Shown here piece by piece: positions 19,101 through 26,150 of a stretch of DNA of 46,422 nt. This DNA comes from Methylococcus sp. UBA6136 (GTDB taxonomy: Bacteria; Pseudomonadota; Gammaproteobacteria; Methylococcales; Methylococcaceae), in NCBI GenBank assembly GCA_002423305.1, contig DIVI01000054.1, positions 15,937 through 62,358 of the forward strand. The letters are read 5' to 3'. Under the pieces are notes generated by a model. That model saw only the letters and a program-made list of their open reading frames with translations, was not told the origin of the DNA and did not search any database. How positions within the stretch are numbered: position 1 is the stretch's first letter; the number at the start of each line of letters is the position of its first letter. The position numbers and the translations under genes are program-made.

Positions 19101-19267
19101 CTGAAGGGGCGGGGGCCGCGAGCCAGCAAGCGATCGGCACGGTGGTATTCGGCGGAATGCTGGCCTCAACCTTGCTGGCAATTCCTTTTGTGCCGGTTTT
19201 CTATGTCATAACCCAGCGCTGGACGGAGCGGCGACGTGCGGTCAAGGCAGCCAAAGAAGCCCAATAG
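16124..19267 (+). CDS. RND multidrug/hydrophobe efflux permease (AcrB/HAE1 family)
   Basis: The 1047-aa ORF starts MISKFFIERPIFANVIAIV...LPIAQYPNIVPPTIQV. It has 12-TM topology, and its ATG overlaps the adaptor stop (ATGA). Confidence 0.95.
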   Translation: MISKFFIERPIFANVIAIVTIILGLVSLLNLPIAQYPNIVPPTIQVVTRYPGASAEIIAKTVGIPIEQGVNGVENSLYMSSTSGSDGTYTLTITFRVGSDLNAALSLVQNLVNGQLAQLPDAVQKQGINIRKVSTNILQAVSIYAEDERYDETFLSNYALINLQYPLGRIPGVGQVKVLGAGSYSMRIWLNPERLKYFGLTTVDVADAVKQQNTQVVAGQLGGPPVPDDQSFQLTVNALGRLDDVDEFENIIVKTVAPKSGQAAQIVRVKDIARVELSQQSYNNFAGLTGHKAAQILVYALPGANAIEVGKQVRKEVEQRSREFPEGLTYAIRYDTTDFIQQSIDSVYETLYEAGFLVLAVVILFLQNWRATLVPATTVPVTIIGAFAAMAMLGFSVNLMTLFALILAIGIVVDDAIVIVENASHHIERGLSPKEAAIKAMSQMTGPVIGITLVLSAVFLPAAFLPGITGQLFRQFALVIAATAIISAINALTLKPAQCALYLKPRPADYRPNVFFRAFNQVYGRIESAYTALVRWMVQRTLWMSLIFGLIIFAGGWLYAHHQSGFLPIEDQGYAIVVGKLPEGASQPRTRATVRQVEALLKETPGIASWVTIGGFSMLDAANLANAFSIFAIYEPWDKRGAGLDQKSILVDLKKRLDGVQEARVIAVTPPPIAGLGQAGGLQMMIEDRRSLGLSELQRSLLALQQAGATQSGLAFLGTTFSAQSPQLYLDIDRVKAQTLSVPMENVFGTLQAFLGSSYVNLFTKFDQSFQVYVQADAPFRRKVDDIKNLNVRNSKSDMVPLGSLLNVERRVGSELVTRYNLYPAASVFGAPAPGFSGGDAITLMEEMAHNVLPQGLAVDWTATAYQQKLLGNTAYYVYALSLLLVFLVLAAQYESWLSPLAVIMVVPMALVGVILAQISRHFDNNLYTQVGLVLMIALASKNAILVVEFARELRAEGMSIVEAAVEATRQRFRPILMTSFAFILGVVPLLKAEGAGAASQQAIGTVVFGGMLASTLLAIPFVPVFYVITQRWTERRRAVKAAKEAQ

Positions 19268-19311
19268 GTGCCATGTGGGCTACTCTTCATGGGTTGCCCG
19301 TTAGGTTCTGT

Positions 19312-20127
19312 TCACGGGGTGACTGCTTGGCTGGCTGAATAGGTATTTCCAAGGTTGTCCTTGACCTCCGCTTTCAATTCGCCCGCTTTGTCCGGAGCGA
19401 AGTAGAAGCGAAGGTTGGGGTCAGCACTGATGGCAATGTCGGTTTTGGTGGTCATGACCGCTTTTCCCTCAAAACTAACCTTGACTTCGGTCACGTAGTG
19501 AGCGGGTTGCACCATGCGGCTGATCTGATCCATCTGCATGCCGGTAATGTTGGGGTGGCTGATCAGCAGTTGAACCGGATTGGGCTGGCCGAGGGTGGCC
19601 TTGTCGCCGTCGAACCTGAATTTCATTTTTCCCATACGGGCCTTGGCGGCCTCCAGATCGGTGCCTATCGGCGCAGAGCAACCCCCGCTGGCTTTTACAA
19701 AGGCCTTGGCCATGTGGAGTTTGCCATCGTTGGTTTCCGCAATGGCGCGAACATGGGTGTAGGCATTGAATCGCATGCGGGTGGCAATATCGGCCTTGCC
19801 ACTCTCCGGGGTGAAGTCGAATGAAGCCGAAAACGGAACCGGGTTGTTGTCGATGATGACGGTGATGTTCTTGATGAAATTCTCCTTGGTTTGAGGGAAT
19901 TTGCTGGTGATCTGGAGGGGAACCAACGCGGGGTCCTCGGCGCGGTAGGGTGCCGTAATCTCAAGGGTCTGCTGGTCTTCCTCGATGGCGCGATTGGGGA
20001 AGAACTGCTGTTTGAGGGTCGTGTTCCAGGCCGTTTCGTCTTCTCCCTCTGCGCGAAGGGCCTGCGAGGCCAGGAGTAGTCCGGCGATGATCATCAGGAT
20101 TCGGGAAGATGTGACTGGGATTTTCAT
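19312..20127 (-). CDS. Periplasmic SoxY-SoxZ fusion-like carrier protein (quinoprotein-dehydrogenase-associated type)
   Basis: It has a Sec signal peptide. The SoxY-like half ends in KASGGCSAP, and that Cys is the only cysteine in the protein (codon 19678-19680). The C-terminal half is SoxZ-like and beta-rich. Confidence 0.75.
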   Translation of the reverse strand: MKIPVTSSRILMIIAGLLLASQALRAEGEDETAWNTTLKQQFFPNRAIEEDQQTLEITAPYRAEDPALVPLQITSKFPQTKENFIKNITVIIDNNPVPFSASFDFTPESGKADIATRMRFNAYTHVRAIAETNDGKLHMAKAFVKASGGCSAPIGTDLEAAKARMGKMKFRFDGDKATLGQPNPVQLLISHPNITGMQMDQISRMVQPAHYVTEVKVSFEGKAVMTTKTDIAISADPNLRFYFAPDKAGELKAEVKDNLGNTYSASQAVTP

Positions 20128-20181
20128 GCTGAAACTCCTTGGTTAGTGAAGGGGTGATTTTGACTGGAGCGGGGGATGAAT

Positions 20182-21120
20182 TCAGTCGTCTTCCCATTCC
20201 AGTTCGGCAAACGCAGTCGCAATATTGCGCTTGTGGAAGTCGTCGAACAATTGCCAGTCCGGGCGCATCGACTGGCCGATTTCGTTCATGGCCTGCTCGA
20301 TGGTCTTGCCGGCCTTGATGGCGGCGCGAATCTCGGTTTGCAGGCGTTTCAGATAGTTTTCCTCGCCCATCAGGGCTAACGGCCAGGCGGCAACGACAGG
20401 TCCGTGCCCGGGAACCACCTGCTTGGCTCCGATTTTTCGGAGCTTTTCGATCTCGCTGAGCCAACCGTTTAGGCTACCATCCACCACCGGAACATGTCCC
20501 ATGAAAAGCAGGTCACCGAGCCACAAGGTCTCCGTTTGCGTGTCAAAAATGCTCAGGTCGTTATCCGTATGCGCCGTGGGGTGTGCGGTTACTCGCAGGG
20601 TTCTCCCGCCGAGGTCCAGTTCAAGGGTATCCTTAACGGGTTGGTCGGGTGGCACGAAATGTTCCGGTGACAGGGCAAATCCAAGCTCACTGTGGGCTTT
20701 CTCCCGGTAAAAAGGCGCCCTCAGAGCCATCGCCTGGGTCAGCTTATGATGGCCCACAAAGCTGACACCGACCGCCTTGAAGGCAAGGTTGCCGTAAATG
20801 TGGTCGGGATGGACGTGGGTATTGATGACATAGCAGATGGGGATTTGGCTGTGCTTGCCGATTTGCTGTTTCAGGGCAAACCCTTGATACGGACTTCCTC
20901 CGCTATCAATGACAGCGATGCAGTGCTCACCGATGATGAATCCGATATTGGCAATCTCGCCCCGGTTGTGTTGGTTGGGTAGTTGGTGGACGCCTTGATG
21001 AACGTAGACACCCGTCGCGATCTCCTTCAGGGAGAGTTCCTCGGCGGTGGCTTGGTCCCAACTCATAAGCATGAAAAGAGCAAAGACCCAAATCAGGTAA
21101 CGGGATGCAAGTAAGATCAT
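20182..21120 (-). CDS. Periplasmic metallo-beta-lactamase-fold zinc hydrolase
   Basis: It carries the HxHxDH motif (INTHVHPDHIYGN) plus downstream His/Asp ligands. I chose the ATG at 21120 (MILLASRYLIWVFALFMLMSWDQATA, a signal peptide) over the TTG at 21192 used by the ORF track. It ends 54 nt upstream of the SoxYZ-like gene on the same strand. Confidence 0.8.
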   Translation of the reverse strand: MILLASRYLIWVFALFMLMSWDQATAEELSLKEIATGVYVHQGVHQLPNQHNRGEIANIGFIIGEHCIAVIDSGGSPYQGFALKQQIGKHSQIPICYVINTHVHPDHIYGNLAFKAVGVSFVGHHKLTQAMALRAPFYREKAHSELGFALSPEHFVPPDQPVKDTLELDLGGRTLRVTAHPTAHTDNDLSIFDTQTETLWLGDLLFMGHVPVVDGSLNGWLSEIEKLRKIGAKQVVPGHGPVVAAWPLALMGEENYLKRLQTEIRAAIKAGKTIEQAMNEIGQSMRPDWQLFDDFHKRNIATAFAELEWEDD

Positions 21121-21476
21121 GATGATTTGTGGTTTTTTTGCTGAAAGGGTAGGTGCCAACGGATGAGGATTTTCGGCCCGCCTAACGATCAAATCAATCG
21201 TTTTGCCGTCGGGTGTTACTGCGCCGGTTCAAGGGCAAGGAACGGGAGTGGGGTGAACAAGTTGCACTGGGCCCAACGGTCATTTTTGTTCGTTTTCAGT
21301 CGTTGACTTTTGAGGTGAAATCCTTCAAGTTACGCAACTAAACGGGCATCTTCGGGAGATTTTCCCGTTTTTTGTGTGTCATAAACTTGCTGAAAAAAAC
21401 CACGGCTCATAGTGGCCGTAGGTGTGAATAAGCGTTCGAAAGCGTATTTTTGCCTTATATCTGAGGAGGATAGACG

Positions 21477-23339
21477 ATGAATAACTCTTTGAAGAGTTTG
21501 CTGCTTTCTGCGGCTGTAGCGACCGCCTTGGCAGCGCCGGGCGTCAGTCTCGCTAACGCCGAAATCGAGAAGTTGTCCCATGACCCGGTCAACTGGGCAA
21601 CCTGGGGTGGCGACTACTACGGTACCCGTTTCAGCACGCTGACCCAAATCAACAAGGACAACGCCAAGACCATTCAGCCGATTTGGACGTTCTCTACCGG
21701 TGCCCTGCGTGGTCACGAGGGTGGTCCGCTGGTTGTGAACGGGTTGATCTACATTCACACCGGTTTCCCCCACAAGATCTACGCACTCGACCAGAACACC
21801 CACAGCGTGGTCTGGGAATACGACTATGCACCTGACAAGGGAACCGACCCTGCCCAAGTTATTGGTGTTATGTGCTGTGACGTCGTCAACCGCGGTCTCG
21901 CATACGGCGATGGCAAGATTTTCATGGCTCAGGGTGACGCCACCTTGATCGCACTGGATGCCAAGACTGGCAAAATGGTGTGGAAGGTGAAGAACGGTGA
22001 TCCCAAGGCGGGCATGACCAACACCGCTGCACCGCTGATCGTCAAGGACAAAGTTCTGGTCGGTATCTCCGGTGGAGAATTCGGTGTACGCGGCTTCATG
22101 GCGGCTTACAACGTCAAGGACGGCTCACTGGCATGGAAGACCTACAGCATGGGTCCCGATGCCGATATGAAGATCGATCCGGAAAAGACCATGACCTGGA
22201 CCGACGGCAAGATGGCTCCGGTCGGCAAGGACTCTTCCCTGAAAACCTGGCAGGGTGACCAGTGGAAGATCGGCGGTGGCACCACTTGGGGCTGGACCAG
22301 CTATGACGCTGAAGCCAACCTGATCTACTACGGTTCCGGCAACCCCTCTACCTGGAATCCCGTTCAGCGTCCTGGCGACAACAAATGGTCCATGACCATT
22401 TGGGCGCGTGACGCGGATACGGGTGCGGCCAAGTGGGTTTACCAGATGACCCCGCATGATGAGTGGGATTACGACGGTATCAACGAAATGACCTTGATCG
22501 ACTTGCCCATGAAGGACAAGGACGGTAAGGAACACAGCAAGCTGCTGACTCACTTTGACCGTAACGGCTTTGGCTATACCCTCGACCGTATGACCGGTGA
22601 ACTGCTGGTTGCCGAGAAATTCGACAAGATGGTCAACTGGGCATCGCACGTCGATCCCAAGACCGGTCGACCACAGGTCGTAAGCCAGTACTCCACTCAG
22701 GCGGGTGGCGAAGACCACAATCAGAAGGGCATCTGTCCTTCGGCCATGGGCGCCAAAAACGAGCCTCCGGTCACGTTCTCACCCAAGACCAAGCTGATCT
22801 ACATCCCCGGCAACCACACCTGCATGGACTATGAGCCCTTCCAGGTTGAATATACTGCTGGACAGCCCTACGTCGGTGCTACTCTGAACATCTACCCCGC
22901 CAAGGCCAACGTCAAGACGGGTGAGAAGGAAGAGAAGTTGCATATGGGTTCCTTCACCGCATGGGATCCGGCGACGGGCAAGATTGCTTGGCAGATCGAC
23001 GAGCCTTTCTCCCTGTGGAGTGGCATGGTCTCCACTGCCAGCGACTTGGTCATCTATGGAACCCTGGAAGGTTACCTGAAGGTGCGTGATGCTAATACCG
23101 GTGCCGAACTCTACAAGTTCAAGACCCCGTCCGGGATCATTGGCAATATCAGCACCTGGATGCATGATGGCCGTCAGTACATCGGTGTGCTGTCTGGTAT
23201 CGGTGGCTGGGCCGGCGTCGGTATGGCGGCAGGCCTTGAAGGCGATAGCGAAGGTCTGGGCGCCGTGGGTGCCTACAAGAGCCTTGGCGCTCACACCAAG
23301 CTGGGTGGCGTGTTCACCGTATTTGCTCTGCCCAAGTAA
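21477..23339 (+). CDS. xoxF: PQQ-dependent methanol/ethanol dehydrogenase, XoxF (lanthanide) type
   Basis: The RBS GAGGAGGA lies 6 nt upstream, and there is a signal peptide ending in ANA. It has the vicinal Cys-Cys ([11 protein letters not shown]), repeated Trp-docking propeller motifs, and the DYD triplet ([11 protein letters not shown], codons 22467-22475) where MxaF-type enzymes have D-x-A. Confidence 0.93.
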   Translation: MNNSLKSLLLSAAVATALAAPGVSLANAEIEKLSHDPVNWATWGGDYYGTRFSTLTQINKDNAKTIQPIWTFSTGALRGHEGGPLVVNGLIYIHTGFPHKIYALDQNTHSVVWEYDYAPDKGTDPAQVIGVMCCDVVNRGLAYGDGKIFMAQGDATLIALDAKTGKMVWKVKNGDPKAGMTNTAAPLIVKDKVLVGISGGEFGVRGFMAAYNVKDGSLAWKTYSMGPDADMKIDPEKTMTWTDGKMAPVGKDSSLKTWQGDQWKIGGGTTWGWTSYDAEANLIYYGSGNPSTWNPVQRPGDNKWSMTIWARDADTGAAKWVYQMTPHDEWDYDGINEMTLIDLPMKDKDGKEHSKLLTHFDRNGFGYTLDRMTGELLVAEKFDKMVNWASHVDPKTGRPQVVSQYSTQAGGEDHNQKGICPSAMGAKNEPPVTFSPKTKLIYIPGNHTCMDYEPFQVEYTAGQPYVGATLNIYPAKANVKTGEKEEKLHMGSFTAWDPATGKIAWQIDEPFSLWSGMVSTASDLVIYGTLEGYLKVRDANTGAELYKFKTPSGIIGNISTWMHDGRQYIGVLSGIGGWAGVGMAAGLEGDSEGLGAVGAYKSLGAHTKLGGVFTVFALPK

Positions 23340-23379
23340 GGGTGGGCATGGGTCCTTGCGGCCCTTAGGCTGAACCGAA

Positions 23380-23420
23380 GAAAGCCCCGACTGAGTCGCT
23401 CAGTCGGGGCTTTCTGTTTT
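23380..23420 (+). terminator. Rho-independent terminator after xoxF
   Basis: GAAAGCCCCGACTGAG tcg CTCAGTCGGGGCTTTC forms a perfect ~16-bp stem followed by TGTTTT. Confidence 0.8.
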
Positions 23421-23464
23421 GTAGGCCCAATTGACTTGGGTTTGATACGCAAAGGAGGTTTTAG

Positions 23465-24328
23465 ATGAAAGCTTTTTCGAAACGGTGTGGAATGACCCTC
23501 GCCATCGGAACGCTCCTGTTATTAGCCGGCCTCGCGGAGGCGGGCGACAAGGCATTCAAGGTTTGCGCCGATCCCAATAATCCGCCGTTCTCGGTCAAGG
23601 ACGGCTCCGGCTATGAAAACAAAATTGCAGAACTGTTTGCCAGCGAACTCGGCCAGACTCTCGAGTACACCTGGTTTCCACAACGCCTCGGATTTATCCG
23701 CAATACCCTAAAGTCGAAGCTGCCGGATTCCGAAGAGTACAAGTGCGATGTGGTGATGGGGGTTCCCACGGGGTTTGAGATGGCGGCGACGACAAAGCCT
23801 TATTATCGTTCGACCTATGTGCTGGTCTATAGGAGAAACGGTCCGCTGCATGGCATCAAGGCCCCTGCAGATATCGACAAGCTCGCCCCGGAGACAAAGG
23901 CCAAATTGCGCATTGCGATGTTTGATGGTGCCCCCGGAACAACCTGGCTGTTGAATCATGGTTTGATTGGTCAGGGGATTCCTTATCAGTCCATGACCGG
24001 TGACGTCACGCAGAATACGGCGCAGATTCTGGCGCGGGATTTCTCCGAAGACAAGATCGACATGGTCGTTATCTGGGGGCCCATGGCAGGTTATCTTGCC
24101 ACGAGCAGCCCCGATGCTTTCGAACTGATTCCCATGAAATCCGAACCCGGACTCCAGTTTGAATTTCCAATGTCCGTGGGCGTCAGAGTGCCCGACAAGC
24201 AACGCAAGCAGGTGCTGGATGATCTGATCGCCAAAAATGGGGAAAAGATCAAAACCATTTTGGAAAGCTACAAAGTCCCGCTGGTCGATGCCAGCGAAGC
24301 AAAAGAGATCAAGAAGGACAACGACTGA
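23465..24328 (+). CDS. xoxJ: MxaJ/XoxJ-like periplasmic substrate-binding protein associated with quinoprotein dehydrogenases
   Basis: It has an AAAGGAGG RBS, a signal peptide, the FKVCADPNNPPFS motif typical of MxaJ/XoxJ, and a type-2 periplasmic binding-protein size. Confidence 0.85.
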   Translation: MKAFSKRCGMTLAIGTLLLLAGLAEAGDKAFKVCADPNNPPFSVKDGSGYENKIAELFASELGQTLEYTWFPQRLGFIRNTLKSKLPDSEEYKCDVVMGVPTGFEMAATTKPYYRSTYVLVYRRNGPLHGIKAPADIDKLAPETKAKLRIAMFDGAPGTTWLLNHGLIGQGIPYQSMTGDVTQNTAQILARDFSEDKIDMVVIWGPMAGYLATSSPDAFELIPMKSEPGLQFEFPMSVGVRVPDKQRKQVLDDLIAKNGEKIKTILESYKVPLVDASEAKEIKKDND

Positions 24329-24369
24329 CCTTTCGGCCCATCGGGCCCATGAACCGGCAGCTCTGATGC

Positions 24370-24400
24370 CCGGTTTTGCTAGGATCAGGTGCAAAACCGG
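24370..24400. terminator. Stem-loop between convergent xoxJ and the DUF2909-like gene (no U-tract)
   Basis: CCGGTTTTGC (24370-24379) pairs perfectly with GCAAAACCGG (24391-24400) around an 11-nt loop. No T-run follows on either strand, so terminator function is uncertain. Confidence 0.4.
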
Positions 24401-24419
24401 CGCCCGCGAGGACGCTTTC

Positions 24420-24674
24420 TTAATGGGCTGGTTTTGAACTGGCTGGTGCTGCAGGGGAGCCGGAGTCAAAGCCGGATTTAAGACCGTGAGGTTTGATGAG
24501 TCCGGTGCTGAAAGCGATTAACAGCGCTATAAAAAGTCCGATAGAAAGAGCGATTCTTAGGGTCAGGGCACGGACGGTGCGAGGGGATCGATCGCGGTCC
24601 TTCAAAAGATAATAGAGGCCGGAGCCGAGACTTCCGATAATGACGAGCAATGCCAATACGATGAATATCTTCAA
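24420..24674 (-). CDS. Twin-transmembrane-helix small protein (DUF2909-like, cytochrome oxidase cluster-associated)
   Basis: Two TM helices flank KDRDRSPRTVRALTLR. I chose the TTG at 24674 (MKIFIVLALL...), which has AAGG 6 nt upstream. The track GTG at 24722 would overlap the divergent SURF1 start. Confidence 0.65.
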   Translation of the reverse strand: MKIFIVLALLVIIGSLGSGLYYLLKDRDRSPRTVRALTLRIALSIGLFIALLIAFSTGLIKPHGLKSGFDSGSPAAPASSKPAH

Positions 24675-24713
24675 AATCTGCCTTTTCGCAGGTGGGTTTG
24701 GGACGCCGGAATA

Positions 24714-25463
24714 ATGAGCCACCGGGCCAGTGGCGGTTCGCCGAATTATAGCTTCAAACCTTCTGGAAAAGCCGTGGGACTATTTGCCGTGGTTTTTCCT
24801 CTATTCATAGTGTTGGGCTTCTGGCAACTGCAGCGCGCAGATGAAAAGACGACGATCAATGCCCTGCGTGATGCGCGGTCGCAGGAGTCCCCCATCGCTC
24901 TGAGGTCTGTCGTCACGGGGGACATTGAGGACCTGCTTTTTCATCCTGTTTTGGTTGAAGGTGAGTACGATAGTGCCCATCAGTTTCTGTTGGATAATCA
25001 GCTCGAGGGGCAGTTGGCGGGCTACCATGTGCTCACGCCCCTCAGGCTCTCAGGAGCGGATAGGGCGGTTCTGATCAACCGTGGCTGGTTGCCGCAGGGT
25101 GCCAGCCGGCAGACTTTGCCGGACATCCATCCGTTGCCTGCGGGAATTACGAGAGTGACGGGCCTGGTCGACAGATTTCACCGGGTCGGCTTTAAGCTTA
25201 AGGGAGCCGATATCCCGACGGTCGGCTGGCCTGCCGTGGTTCAAGTGCCTGATGCGGACAAGATCGCCGACAGGCTCGGTTATCCGGTCCTGCCCTATCA
25301 GGTATTATTGGATTCCGCTGCCCAAGACGGTTACAGTCGGCTTTGGCATGTGGTCCGGCTAGATCCCGGCAAGAACCAGGGCTATGCCTTGCAGTGGTTT
25401 CTATTTGCGGCCCTTGCGGCTTTTTTCTTTGTCCGGCACGGCATCCAATCTGACGTCGGATAA
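24714..25463 (+). CDS. SURF1-family cytochrome oxidase assembly protein
   Basis: It shows GFWQLQRADEK after the N-terminal TM helix, then NRGWLP, then a C-terminal TM helix (YALQWFLFAALAAFFF). This is the SURF1/Shy1 pattern. Confidence 0.85.
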   Translation: MSHRASGGSPNYSFKPSGKAVGLFAVVFPLFIVLGFWQLQRADEKTTINALRDARSQESPIALRSVVTGDIEDLLFHPVLVEGEYDSAHQFLLDNQLEGQLAGYHVLTPLRLSGADRAVLINRGWLPQGASRQTLPDIHPLPAGITRVTGLVDRFHRVGFKLKGADIPTVGWPAVVQVPDADKIADRLGYPVLPYQVLLDSAAQDGYSRLWHVVRLDPGKNQGYALQWFLFAALAAFFFVRHGIQSDVG

Positions 25464-25475
25464 CTTTTTCCAGTT

Positions 25476-26075
25476 ATGACACACGCTTCAAAACCACTCT
25501 GGCAGAGCCGCGCGCTGGTGATTGTGATCGCCCTCACGGCGGTTGTCCCCTTTGTTCTGGCCTGGTACTACGCAAATCACCCCGAGTTGATTGAGAGAAC
25601 CAGCAATTATGGTTCGCTCATTATCCCCACGCGACAACTGAGTCATGATCAACTGATGGCGGCGCCCCTCGGACCGGTGAATGACATGGAGCAGATCAAG
25701 GGCCGTTGGCTTCTGCTGCAGGTGGCGCCCGGTTTCTGTACGACGGTTTGTGTCGAGACATTGCACAAGACTCATCAAGGCTGGCTGATGTTGAACAAGG
25801 AAATGCCCCGGGTGCAGCGGATTTTGCTGGTATCGCCGGAGACCCGATCACGGGAAGTGCCAGAAATAGCCAAGGATGATGCGCTGGTGACGTCGGGCCT
25901 GACCCCTGAGGTGCTGCAGGCGTTGACCAGCGCCATCGGGAAACCCGCCGAAGAAGGCGCCGTGGTTCTCGTCGATCCGCTCGGCAATCTGGTGCTGTGG
26001 TACGACACGGGATTCGACCCTTATAAGATGGTCAGGGATCTCAAGCACCTGCTGAAGGCCTCCCAGATCGGGTGA
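25476..26075 (+). CDS. Membrane-anchored thioredoxin-fold protein with CxxxC (SCO1/SenC-like, putative oxidase biogenesis factor)
   Basis: It has an N-terminal TM anchor, then GRWLLLQVAPGFCTTVCVETLHK (a CxxxC motif in SCO-like context). It sits between SURF1 and ctaA, as in other oxidase assembly clusters. The family assignment is tentative. Confidence 0.45.
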   Translation: MTHASKPLWQSRALVIVIALTAVVPFVLAWYYANHPELIERTSNYGSLIIPTRQLSHDQLMAAPLGPVNDMEQIKGRWLLLQVAPGFCTTVCVETLHKTHQGWLMLNKEMPRVQRILLVSPETRSREVPEIAKDDALVTSGLTPEVLQALTSAIGKPAEEGAVVLVDPLGNLVLWYDTGFDPYKMVRDLKHLLKASQIG

Positions 26076-26150
26076 TTTCGGAATCTCTGCCGATTTTCCA
26101 GTGAAGTGCCCGCAGATGGTTTCAACCCCAATAAAAACCCACTCAATACC

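Noticed and set aside
21353-21373. Hairpin CGGGA gattt TCCCG followed by T6 in the xoxF upstream region, considered as a terminator or attenuator.
   Set aside because: The stem is only 5 bp, and such hairpins occur by chance. I cannot place a promoter upstream of it with confidence.
21330-21857. 175-aa minus-strand ORF across the xoxF start and promoter region.
   Set aside because: It overlaps the strongly supported xoxF 5-prime end and its RBS, and I recognise no family.
23708-24469. 253-aa minus-strand ORF spanning xoxJ and the intergenic hairpins.
   Set aside because: It is antisense to xoxJ and runs through two stem-loops and into the DUF2909-like gene. There is no RBS or motif support.
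26106-26150. GTG start of the ctaA-ftsY ORF, 15 codons upstream of the ATG.
   Set aside because: The ATG at 26151 starts directly at the first CtaA TM helix (MFRKLTLFTLLIAL). The upstream extension is possible but unsupported.
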